Shown here: positions 25,701 through 37,573 of the stretch, piece by piece | Layout: each line of letters opens with the position of its first letter | Numbering within the stretch: position 1 is the first letter of the stretch | DNA from: Azolla caroliniana | Taxonomy: Eukaryota; Plantae; Polypodiophyta | DNA: 64,000 nt | NCBI GenBank assembly: GCA_043228905.1 | Contig: JBHGNT010000002.1 | Span: 13,826,001-13,890,000, forward strand | Reading direction: 5' to 3' | The notes under the pieces: generated by a model | The model's database searches: none | The model's input: the letters and a program-made list of their open reading frames with translations, nothing else | Told to the model about the DNA's origin: nothing | Made by a program: the position numbers and the translations under genes

Positions 25701-27160
25701 AGGAAAGCGGGCACTTCGAAACAAGTGGGTGTTCAAGCTGAAACCGGGAGATGCCGGAAACCCCCCGAGATACAAAGCCAGGATCGTGGTGAAGGGGTTC
25801 CAGTAGAAGAAGGGCGTCGACTTCGACGAGATATTTGCCCCGGTAGTGAAGATGACCTCCATCCGGACGGTGCTGAGCATAGCGGCAAGCATGGACCTCG
25901 AGGTAGAACAGATGGACGTGAAGACGACATTCCTTCACGGTGACCTCGAAGAAGAGATCTACATGCAGCAACCGGAAGGATTCGAGAAGAAAGGGAAGGA
26001 GCACCTGGTATGCCGGTTGAAGAAGAGCCTTTACGGACTGAAGCAGGCTCCCCGGCAGTGGTACCGGAAGTTCGACTCTTTCATGACCGACGAAGGGTAC
26101 CACAAAACGCAGTCCGATCACTGCGTGTTTGTGAAGAAGTTCGAAGGAGGAGACTTTCTAATACTCCTCCTGTACGTGGACGACATGTTGATCGTCGGAC
26201 GGGACCAGGTCAAGATACGGATGCTGAAGAAAGCGCTTCACCGAACCTTCTCAATGAAGGACCTGGGTCCGGCGAGGCAAATACTAGGGATGCACATCAT
26301 CCGAGACCGGAAGAAGAAGCAGTTGTGGCTGTCACAGGAGAAGTACGTGACAAAGGTGCTTCACCGGTTCAACATGTCGGAAGCAAGACCGGTCGGGTCA
26401 ACCCTCCCGGCAAACTGCAAGTTGTCCAGCAAGCAAAGCCCCAAGACAAAGGCTGAGAAGGAGGACATGATGAAAGTACCATATGCCTCTGCCGTCGGAA
26501 GCTTGATGTACGCAATGGTGTGTACAAGACCGGACATTGGATACGCAGTCGGAGTGGTGAGCCGGTATATGAGTAATCCCGGCAAAGAGCACTGGAACGC
26601 GGCCAAGTGGATACTCTGATACCTGAAGGGCACGACAAACGTGTGCCTCCGATTCGGCTCCGATAAGCCCGAACTCGACGGCTTTACCGATTCGGATATG
26701 TCGGCTGATGCAGATACCAGCCGGTCCACATCAGGGTATGTGATGACGTATGCAGGGGGAGCTGTTTCGTGGCAGTCGAGGCTGCAGAAGACGGTTGCGT
26801 TGTCAACCACGGAGGCGGAGTACATGGCGGCTGTTGAAGCCGGCAAGGAAATAATATGGATGAAGGACTTCATTAGAGAGCTCGGTATCCGGCAGGAGGA
26901 GTACCGACTCTACTGCGATAGTCAGAGTGCCATCCACCTTGCGAAGAACGCGGCCTACCATTCCCGGACGAAACACATCCAGCGTAGATACCACTGGATC
27001 CGGGAAAGGATAGAAGACAAGGAGTTCGTGCTGACGAAGATCCACACGGACGAGAACGGGTCGGATATGCTGACCAAGGTGCTCACACCCAACAAGCTGG
27101 AAGCATGCCGGAAGAGGATCGGATTGGAGAGACATCCCATGCCGAAGTGAAGGGGGAGTT

Positions 27161-27509
27161 TGTTGGGATTTCGGTCCCTCCGGATGGGATGTCCGGAGAT
27201 GAATGACGGCAAGCCCGGTTGCGGTTACGGAACCGGAGGATGAAGAGTACCCGGCATGAAGCCGGATGAAGAGTACCCGGCTACGGAGCCGGATGATGAA
27301 GACCCCGGCTACAGAGCCGGATGACGAATGTACCCGGAGAGAGATCCGGATGCGGGGACATATTTGTGAATATGTTTGCCAAGGGCCCTTGAGGCTATAT
27401 TTGTAAATAGCCCGAAAGTCATATGTGTATAAATATGACTTAGGGCAAACAGTTTACTGTCTGTTACTCATTTTTCTGGTTTTCCACTTAGAGGGAGCTA
27501 AGTGAGCAG

Positions 27510-27542
<33 letters not shown>

Positions 27543-27805
27543 GAAGAGGTCGTTGCCTCTGTGTATTACCGCCGCCTGTGGCGAAGACAGTGAGCTCAAG
27601 GTTGTTGCCTTGTAGCTTCACCATTGTACATCTCTGTTTATAGTGATAGTTGGAGTTTGAGGACTCTCGTGGTTTTTCCCATTTAGGGTTTTCCACGTAA
27701 AACATCCTGTGTACTCTTCTCTCTATTGTCTTCGTGCATTTTGTATTTCCTGTTTTCTGTGAGTTGATCCTATTCCTCGGTAGTGGCCGAGCACTGTGTT
27801 TAACA
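27161..27805 (+). repeat. 3' LTR of D1 (645 bp)
   Basis: Follows the PPT and is followed by the TSD TGCCC. Confidence 0.97.
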
Positions 27806-28604
27806 TGCCCGAACCAAGCACATTGAGGTGCACTACCATTTTGTCCGCGAGTGTGTCCTTTCTGGTGAAATCGAACTAGCGTATGTTTCAACATCTTCAC
27901 CAAGCCCCTTGGTCTCGACAAGTTGCGGCATTTCTCGAGTGAGCTAGGTTTGCATCACCTCGACACGCCAAACTTGAGGGGGAGACAGGAACAGGAACAG
28001 GAGCGTGAAAGGAGCGGTAGTGACTGCGATGCCGAATCGGATGAAGATTTCAATTTCGGGCCGGCTAAAGAAGCCGAACAAGAAAACGGGGGCCGTAATC
28101 GCAAGGAAGAGCCAAAGACAGCCGAACAAAGGGGAAATACAGCCAAGAAGGGCATAAAGGCCAAGACCAAGACATGGTCTGATGTTGTCAAGGGCCTGAA
28201 AACAGAAGACGAATTGGAGACAACCAAATCGGGCGAAAGTGGAATTGAATTGGAAGTGACCAATTCAATCAAAATGTTCGATTCAGACATTATGAATCGA
28301 TTGAGGGCCAAGCAGAGGAAAGGGCAGCGAAAGAGGCACCAACATCGCAACAGCAAGGGAGCTGAGAAGGGCCGCAGGAGTAGACAACCGACCGAAAGGG
28401 TCGAAGCACGCAGAATCGAATGGGTTGAGGAGCGCGAGTGAGATGTGATTTCTGTCTCTCTGTCTCTCTGTCTCTCCATGTCTCTCTGTCTCTCCATGTC
28501 TCTCCCTCTGTCTCTGTGATTTCTGCGTTTTACCGAACTGTCGTACTTTCGAACTATGTACTCTGTATCATTCACATACGCTTCCGCACACGTATTCTTT
28601 TACA

Positions 28605-31016
28605 TCCATGCTTGCCGCTATGCTTAACACAGTCCGGATGGATGTCATCTTTACTACCGGGGCAAAGATCTCATTGAAATCCACACTCTTCTTCTGCTGG
28701 AAGCCCTTCACCACAATGAGAGCTTTGTACCTTGGTGGATTTCCGGTTTTAGCTTGTACACCCACTTGTTTTGGTGCACTCTCTTTCCTTTTGGCATCTC
28801 TGTCAATTCATATGTGTGGCTCTCATGCAGGGAATCCATCTCGTCCTGCATGGCACTTAACCACTTGTGGCTATGGGTGTCTTTCTTCGCTTCCTTAAAG
28901 CGTCTCCCGGTTTTAGCTTGTACACCCACTTGTTCTGGAGCGCTCTCTTTCCTTTTGGCATCTTCGTCAATTCATATGTGTGGTTCTCATGTAGGGAATC
29001 CATCTCGTCTTGCATGGCACTTAACCACTTGTGGCTATGGGTGTCTTTCTTCGCTTCCTTAAAGCTTTTTGGCTCCCCTCGTTGGTGAGCAACACATACT
29101 CTACATCCGTAAATCTCGAGGGGGTCCTTCTCTCTCTAAGAGGATATCTTCTTCCTTGGTTCTTGACCAGCGGTTCCTCTGACTCTTCTTCATCCGAATC
29201 CGATTCGGGGTCTTGTCCAGTTCCAGTGTCTGATTCTTCTTCGATCGGTTCGGGTCTTTGTCCGAATCTGGCTGGTTCATCATGGTCTTCGGCTAGCATA
29301 TGGTTTCCGACCGGCTGTATCCTTGCATCTTCTAACCGATGTTTGTGGGTTGACCCGGAGTCCATTATCGTCTTCTCTAACTCCCAGTTGGAAATGTTCT
29401 TGTCTTCCATGAAGACTATGTCTCGACTCCATAAGACCTTCTTGTCGACGAAGTCCCATACCCGGTGACTGAACTCATCATCGCCATATCCAAGGAATAT
29501 GCATGGTCGGAACTTTGGATCTAACTTTGCTCTCTTGTCCTTTGCAACATGCACGTACGTGAGACAACCGAACACCTTCAGATGTTGGTAAGACACGTCT
29601 TTACCAGTCCATACTCTTTGTGGTGTGTCCCCCCATCCAAGGGTGTTGAGGGTGATCTATTTATCACATATGTCACTATCATCAGCGCCTCAACCCAAAA
29701 CGTCTTGGACAACTTAGCATGGGCCAACATGTTCCACACTCTCTCCATTATAGTCTGGTTCATCCATTCAGCTAGTCCGTTGAGCTCCGATCTCTTCGGC
29801 ATGGTGAATTCGAGCCGGATTCCCTTCGACTAGCTGTACTCCTCGAACTGCCCCCAATATTCTCCTCCATTGTCCGCTCGAACCGCCTTTAGCTTCCGAT
29901 GGGTTTCCCTTTCTTGAAAGGCGGACAATACCTGATCCTTCGTCTTCAGTGGTGAGACCCAGATATTCCGACTATGGTCATCTAGAACGTCACAAAGAAC
30001 TGTGATCCGGCATGTGACTTTATGTCCACTTTGCATACATTGGTATGCACAAGTTCCAATAGTGCATTTCATCTCGACGATGGTTTCGACCAGAAAGAGG
30101 TTTAGTTCTGCTTGTCGGCCAAGCAATCGGTGCACATCTCAAGTTGCACATCCTTCACCTCCGGAATGAGGTTATCTTCGGCAAGCCTTCTCATTCACTT
30201 CTGGCTCATGTGGCACAAACTCTTGTGCCAAAACTAACATTGTCAAATGCCACGTTCACTTCCTTTCGGCAGATACGGGCATGTATCAGGTACAATGTGT
30301 TGATCGTCCGGGCTCGGGCCATGATCATGCTTCCTTTGCAAAACTTCATGACTTCGTTCCAGATGCTACCCATGTAGCCTTCATCATCTAGCTGACCGAC
30401 TAATATCAGGTTCAACCGAATCTCCGGAACCTGTCAGACATCTTTCAACAACCTGCACCCGGTTGATGTCGTCAACCACACGTCTCCTATGTCGACAATT
30501 CGGCATGCACCTTCATTTCCCATCCAGACAGAACCGTGCTCTCCGGCTTTGTACGATGAGAAGCACTTTTGGTTGGGGGTCAGATGGAACAACGCACCGG
30601 AGTCAACCACCCGTGTTGTTTCATCGCTAACAAGATACAACTCACTCTCCTCGGTGACTAGCAGTAGTTCTTCTTCACTTGTCACGATCGCCGACGTTCC
30701 TCTCCTTTCCGAAATCTTCTTCGGTTCTGGAATGTCAGCTCCCCCTTTGGTTTTCCGAAAGTGTCGACAATTCTTCTAGAAGTGCCCCAACTTTCCACAA
30801 TAAAAGCAAGTGGGCCTCCCCCTTGACTTTGACCTCGTCCCCGATTTGTCCCAGTTTTGGGGACTCCAAATTCGGCCTCTTCCCCGGTTATTGCCATCTT
30901 TCGTACCAAGGCCTTCGGATTGGTTCCGGACTCCTGGTCCTTCCGACGAGTTTCTTCATCCAGCAAGCTTGATTTTACCCTTGCTAGGGACAATTGTCTT
31001 CCTTCTGGCTCGGTGT
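28605..31016 (-). pseudogene. Degenerate Tnt1-like copia fragment (gag end to RT start) with an internal 164-bp tandem duplication
   Basis: Motifs VVDSGALFHLTP, KLDPKFRPCIFLGY and EIFAPVVKMTSIR. Duplicated block at 28743-28901 / 28907-29065. Confidence 0.88.
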
Positions 31017-34000
31017 TGTCATGCCTTTTGGCGCCGGATCGTTGCGTGAGTCGGGTGGGAACCGTTGGGGTTTTGGACTAGGAGGAAGAAGAATTTGAGA
31101 TGAGTATTGTTATGAATAGATTGTAAGAAAGAGAGACAAAAATTCGTGAATCCCACCAGTAAAGTATATTAATTAATGTTTTAGGAAAGAATATGAATTT
31201 AGATTTCAAGAGAGAAATAGATGGAAAATTCGTGAATCCCATGAATATAATATATGAATCAACCCTTAAAAAAAAACCCACAACAACCCCATATATATCT
31301 TTCTCTCTTCCTTATATAGTGATGAGAGAGTCTTTACAATCTATGTTTTTTCTCTAACTATAGACTCCATGCTTTTTCTGTTGATAGACTATATGCTTTT
31401 TCTAAAAGTGATCATGCGTTTTTTTATCTAACTATAGCTTTTTTTATCTAGAAAATATACGTGAAATAACCTTTCTATGTGAGATATCTACTTTTTAACA
31501 CTTGTAATATGTTAGTGTAATAGTAAGGCTTTACATTATAAACATGGAGGTACAAGGTTCGAATCTTGCCCTATGCATGTAATATATATATTTTATATTT
31601 TCTTCTATTTCTTCATATTTATTTAATCTAGTACTATATATAGTTTTCACGTAGCATACAAAATACACTACGGCACTCACCCTCTCCGAACCCACACATC
31701 CTCTAGTATGTGCCAAAGTTGTTGGAGCTCGTTATTCTCCTTCATCCGTAGTACCCTCATTTTCTCCCCTTATGTCGATTATCAATTCTAGCCCACTTTC
31801 TTCGCTTTCCGTATAACCGTGATCTTTGTCTGATTGCTCCTTGCTGACGGTCTTATCTAAGGTCAAATAGGTTTCGTCGTTAGTTCGCTTCTTGAAAATC
31901 TTCACTTGTTTCCGTGCTATAGGCACCCGTAGTACCGTTCCATTGAACTCACTTAGTTGGTAGGTTCCATTGTCAAAAACTTTCTCAACTTTGTAAGCCC
32001 CGAACCACCTTTTTGCGAATTTCCGGATCGTTGTGTGTTGATGATCCAAACTATTGTCATAGACTATCACCCAATCTCCTTCTTCAATATTTTGTGGTCG
32101 TAAACGGTGCTTTGTGTTGAATCAACTTTTCTTCCAGAACCGCGCTTCTTGTTGTCGACGTATTGCTTCCACTATGTCTTCAGGTCTTCTCTCTAGTTGT
32201 CGTATCTGAACCACTAGTAGTTCTTCCCGGCTCATCTCTTCCTTCCATGGCAACATTGTCCATTTCGCAATTGTGGTTTCCGTTGATATTATCGGTGTTT
32301 GGCCGGTCATAAGCTTTGTTGGCATATAATTGGTCATGAAACTATGTGTTGTGTGATACACCCATAGTGCATACGGAAGCATCTGTGGCCATTTCTTCAC
32401 CCTTCCGTCGCATGCTTTTACAAGTGCTTTAACGATTGGACTATGTCCTCATTCGATCTTCCCGTTGGCGTCCGGATTGTATGTCGTGGTTAGTGTTAAC
32501 CGTACTCCATGTTTGGCGAAGCATTCCCTAGCCTTATCAGAGTCAAGTTCTTCCCGATCCGCAATCACTTGTCCTACGCATCCGTACCTGTAGAACACTT
32601 CTTCCAAGAGAAATTGGCATACTGCAGAACATTTTTTCCTCCATAACGCCCAACCTTCTACTTGGTTTGTTAGATCTTCCCGAGCTAATACCAAGTACTT
32701 CTTTTGTCCAATCCCGGTTGGCATGGCCACAATGTCGACCATCCATTTGAAGTTGATTGTCGGTGAGAATGTCGGATATAATTCATCTCGGTTTCGAACT
32801 CCGAAGTAGATTTGGCATTTCTCGCAGCTTCCCGTGAACTCCGTTACATCTTTGTACATTTTCTTCCACCAATAGTTTTGCTTGATCTTCGGGAAATTAA
32901 GATATTATTCGATTTCGTTGCTCTTTTGTTCCGACTAATCGTAGTGGTATGCCATCCGGTCTTTTCAGCTCCCTCTAGCTTAATCCATTGTTCAAGAAGA
33001 ACTTTCGGACTTCCCGCTTCTTACTTTGGACCTTGGTTCTCTTTTCCATATTGTCCAATGATTCCTCAATTTCTTGTAGCACCTTCCCGATCATCAGGAT
33101 TTCTCCCTCGTATTCGGCTTCCCAAAATTACGTTCACCCGATATATGTGCTCTAAAGTAAAGTAGTTTTTGGAAACTTCTTCATTATTGGATTTGGCTAT
33201 GTCATCTCCGAACCGTGCCCTTGATAGCATATCTGCTACCACATTGTCCTTTCCAAAGATATGGCGTGCCTCTAGATTAAGCAACTTAACATATGCAATT
33301 CATCTTAGCATAGCCATATCCGGTATCGTACAACACCGCATCATCCCGAGTATCGGAAGACAATCCGTTTCAATCACTACTTCGGCTCCGATCAAATAAT
33401 CTCGATCTGATTTTATCGCCGACACAACTCCCCATAATTCTCTTTTAACTTGTGCATATCCGTGTTGCCTTTTGTTGAGAACTTTTACGCCGAGTCGGAT
33501 CGGATATCGCGAACCATCCGAGTCGACTTGGTTGATGACCCATCCTATCCCGGTTGGACTTGTATCAACCGTCACTATGATCGTTCAGTCATAATTTGTC
33601 TTCTTAAGTGCTTCTGCCCTCCGTAGTGTTTTCTTGAGCTTCTTCATGGCTTTGGTATGTTCTGGCCTCCATTCAAACTTCTTACCGTTCCGCAGCAAGT
33701 GATAGTGTGGGTCCGCAATGTGTGCATAGTGCGGAATCCATATGTGATAAAATGCACATGCACCAAGAAATCTACGGACTTCGGATTGTGACTCGCATAT
33801 TTCTTTCATAGCTTGAATTGCATCAATCTTGACTGGCGATGGTCTTCCGCCGTAGGGTCCACATAGATGTCCGACTACCAATATCTCTTCTTGTTTGAAT
33901 GCCAATTTTTCTCCGGAGAGTGTTAGGTGCACATCTTCTAACTTCCGTAGCACTTTCTCGCAATCGTGAATATGGTCAACTACGAACTGTCGGCATCCTT

Positions 34001-36899
34001 GATCATCCCTAGTCTCATCTTTTTCTTCCACCGCACATCCTTTCATCGGAATGTCATCTAGGAACGGCATTGTTATCTCCGGAATGCAGTCTCGGAGCAC
34101 TTGGTTCATCACATTCATCATATGTGTGACTGAGTTTGTTGCTCCTTGTGGTAGTGTGCACATCCGAACTAATCCTATCGGTGTTCGCATTGTAGTAATA
34201 TCTTGGCTCTCCACGGCTAGTTGGAATTGGTCATACCCAGAGTATAGGTCTCCGATGGAGTATATCGCGCGTCTAGCAAACGCTTCTGCAAATTCGTCCA
34301 CTATCGGACCGACTCCGGAGTTTTGGATCGTGACCTTGTCCACCGGTTGCAAATCTTGAATGAATCGGAGTGACCCATTCTTCTTAGGAACCGTAAACCA
34401 TCGATTTGAGTACGGAGCGTTTGATGTCTCTAGAATCCCCATCACCACCTTTTCTTTGAGCAATTCAATGATTTTCGGAATATGTGCCCGTGGCACCGGA
34501 ATTGGCTTCAAGTTCCACGGCACATGATCAATCGTGAAGATCACCATCAGCTCCACTATCTTTGGATCAACACACCCTATCTCTTTTGGTGTGAATGTGA
34601 ATGCTTTCCTATGCTGCTCCAATATCCCACGAAATCGTTCTTCTTCATTCTTTAATAGGAACCCACCTCCACCAATCCGGAGTTTCTTTCGGGTCTCATT
34701 GGTAAATGTATGTCCAATATCCATGGACTTCCGAAGTGCCGGATCTTCCGAGATTTCTTTCATCTTTTGTTCACTATTGGCAGGTAACGGTCCCACAGAT
34801 GGTTTCACTTTCTTTTCCATGGTCTTATATTTCGTAAATACCATTGCTTCTTCTTTGCAGAGCGCATCCAACTCCATTTCTGCAATGATCTCGTACATCT
34901 CGACCGATTCCACCAGAACTACCCGATCTTCATGGTGATTCTCTTCTTCAAGCTCTTCAAGCCTGTGCAGTGTGCTTCCGTAGAACACTTCTTCAATTAC
35001 TCCAGTGATTTCTTCGTCTTCTTTTATGATTGATGCAAACCGTAACTCATCTTGCACCTTTTGGAATTCTTTCTTCATTACTTCGGTTACGGGCGTGTAT
35101 GTAGATGCCCCATCCAGACCGATACGTACTTGTTTTGCTCCGAGAGTTTTGTTCTTGTGTGGGGTATCAGCGCTTCTCGGACTATCACTTCCCATCGAGC
35201 ACCTTTGGCTCCGAATTCGTGCAAAAGCCTCTCCGCCATCGAGCACCTTTGACTCCATCCGTGAAGCCATGATAAAGGGTTGCCCAAGGATCACGAAATG
35301 TGAGATCTCATCTTGCACGAAATTTTTTTGGTCAATCTCCACATCTCCAATCTTCACCGTCACATCCGGACAAGTGGCAAATAGATCTTTTGTGGCTTTT
35401 GTGGCTGCCCGGATCTTCCATCCATGACTGGTGTTTATAGGCCACTTCCCCTTTCGGTAGAACTCCTTGGACATCAAATTGATCTCTGACCCGTGATCAA
35501 TCAACGCTAGTACGGGCTCTTTGATGTTTCCGATTCGGACTAGAGTCTCCGTAGTTGCGCATGCCCAGTGCGGCCTAGTGTAGTGGGAGTTCGGAATTTC
35601 ATCCTCCACTTCCGTGTCGTTCATTAGAACGGTATTCACATTCACCTTTAGAGAATTTTCCTCCGTAGTTTGTCTTTCTTTTTACAAGATCCATAAGATG
35701 ATCATGGAACTCCTTCGCTATTCCGAGTAATTCCCGGAGAGAAAATTCCACCCGACTATCAAGGATTCTCTCTTCGAACACCTTCTTTAGGTTCGTCCAT
35801 TGTTCGATGTCCAAAGCAAGTTTGAATGTTGTAATTGTTTTTCCTTTCCCCTTCCCTTCGGAGTTCCAACTCTCCGGTGTCTTTGATGGCCTGGCCGCAT
35901 CATCCGTGCGCCATCGTTTCTCATCTACATATACCTCATGCAATTGACATAACGCATGTATGCTATTCTTATCTACGGGGCACTCCCATCCCGTAGCTTC
36001 TCGGATGCCTTCTGCGGTGCTCCGAATTTCATCAAAGTCAGTTTTCTGCGAGATTTTTAGCATTTCTGGCGAAAAAGATGCCTTTGCTCTAGATGATTCC
36101 CCCATACGTATTCTCGCGGTTGTCGCATAATTGCTTTTCGCCGCTATCTCTTCCTCTAGGGCCTTCTTCATGCCCCCTTTTCGGAAGTTTGGCCGGAGTG
36201 GCTTCCGAGAGTCCATCGAATAAATCCAATTTCCCTCGTAGTAGATAAGATCCTGTCGTTGCACCTCTTTGTGCTCATCGCAATCCTTCTGATCATGTTC
36301 AGTGCTATCACACCATATGCACCGTCGGTGCATATACTTGGAACTTGTGGGACGGTCTTCCGTCTTCTTCACCACTGCGATTTTCAGATTCTCCATCTCC
36401 TTCAGCAACTGCTCCACCATGGTTGCATCGATTCCTTTCTCGGTTGTAGTCTCCTGAGCCCATGGTTGATGGTCTTCCAATCAGGATCTTGGTTTCGGAA
36501 TCGGTTCTGAAACCCTCTTTTCTTCATTACCAAGCCATTGCCTCCTTTTTGTGTATCGTGTGACGATGTCCCACATGTTTGCCCATGTATTGGTGAGGCC
36601 ACTCTTAGTAGTTGTGTCCTCTAGAAGCACTCCAAGGTCTTTCAGGTCCCGGACGTCCACAGCTCGTAAGACCATGATCACTTTGTCTAGTGCGAGGATA
36701 GCTTGATCTCTTGTGGAAAACCTCCCGAATCGACTTTCGAATGCCAAAAACACATTGAGGACCTTCAGCCCCTTGTCCGACGTTTCCACCCAATCTTCGA
36801 ATCCCCTCCACGTTGCCTTGGAAGAGTCCTTGATAGCGAACATGGTCTTCAACGCTTCTTCAAACGCTTCCGATGTCGGATTTTGTTGTCGTAACCCGA
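31017..36899 (-). mobile_element. 5'-truncated degenerate tRNA-Trp-type gypsy F (3' LTR 31017-31675, pol, part of gag)
   Basis: Reverse-complement homolog of 39496-46573, with LIDHGSEINLM, LPQGATNS, FLDD and KFAKRWFG. Cut off at 36900 by the LTR of element G. Confidence 0.92.
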
Positions 36900-37573
36900 T
36901 GTCGTGACGATTTTCGGCTACGGTGTGAAACCGAGTGAGACGAATAAACAAAGGATGTGCAACATTGCACATACACTTAACAAATAAGGCACTTGAGTTC
37001 ATACAAAGGGGTGCAAGCAAGGTTTAAACCTTGCACCTCTCAGATACAAGATGTTTGCCTTACCACTAGGACAACTATCGTATTGTGTAGATTTTATGTA
37101 TTTCCTTTTCATATAGGAATTATAGACGAAACAACCATAGAAAACCATGTGCACAAAACCATGGTTCTAAACCCATGGTTTGTGCATGACATAAGCAAAA
37201 CCGTGTGCACAAAACCATGGTTTTAGCCCATGGTTTTATGCATGTCACAAGCATGGAAAGACCTATAAATGCCTCTACTTGAGCTTGTGTAAGGGGAGCT
37301 CAATATGTGATATCACCAACACCACTATCATCAATATAATTATATTTGTCTTTATCTTCTTCATATTTTTCTACTTCTCAAGTGTACAATCTTTCTTCTT
37401 CTTAAGTGAACAAATTTCATCTAATCTTACATTGATCGTCATCTCTTCGATAATTCTGCGAACATCCTCCCCAGTTCAAGACCCCGGTGGTTGCTCGAGT
37501 AGCACACGCACGCGTGAATCTTCGCGACATCATTTGGTTAACCCGACGTGAAGAGCACCAAGGGAGGACGAAG

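Larger units (their letters stand above)
17392..27150 (+). pseudogene. D1 gag-pol polyprotein, split by D2 and carrying three premature stops
   Basis: ATG at 17392, interrupted 17876-23555. Stops TAG 24265, TAG 25804 and TGA 26617 sit where D2 has TAC, CAG and CGA. Natural stop at 27150. Confidence 0.95.
16724..27805 (+). mobile_element. Full-length Tnt1/Tork-like copia element D1 (outer)
   Basis: LTRs 16724-17360 and 27161-27805, TSD TGCCC on both sides, PBS TGGTATCAGAGC 17364-17375 (tRNAi-Met), PPT GAAGGGGGAG 27149-27158. Confidence 0.97.
12965..28604 (+). mobile_element. Degenerate copia (family C) host element, interrupted by a solo LTR and two nested copia elements
   Basis: Integrase/RT at 12965-15132, RT/RH at 16197-16723, RH end plus extension at 27806-28441. 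Coding sequence rejoins across each insertion (DRNV|KLRRDSG; VFHA|RTKHIEVHYHF). A probable LTR remnant ends TTTTACA at 28604. Confidence 0.85.
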
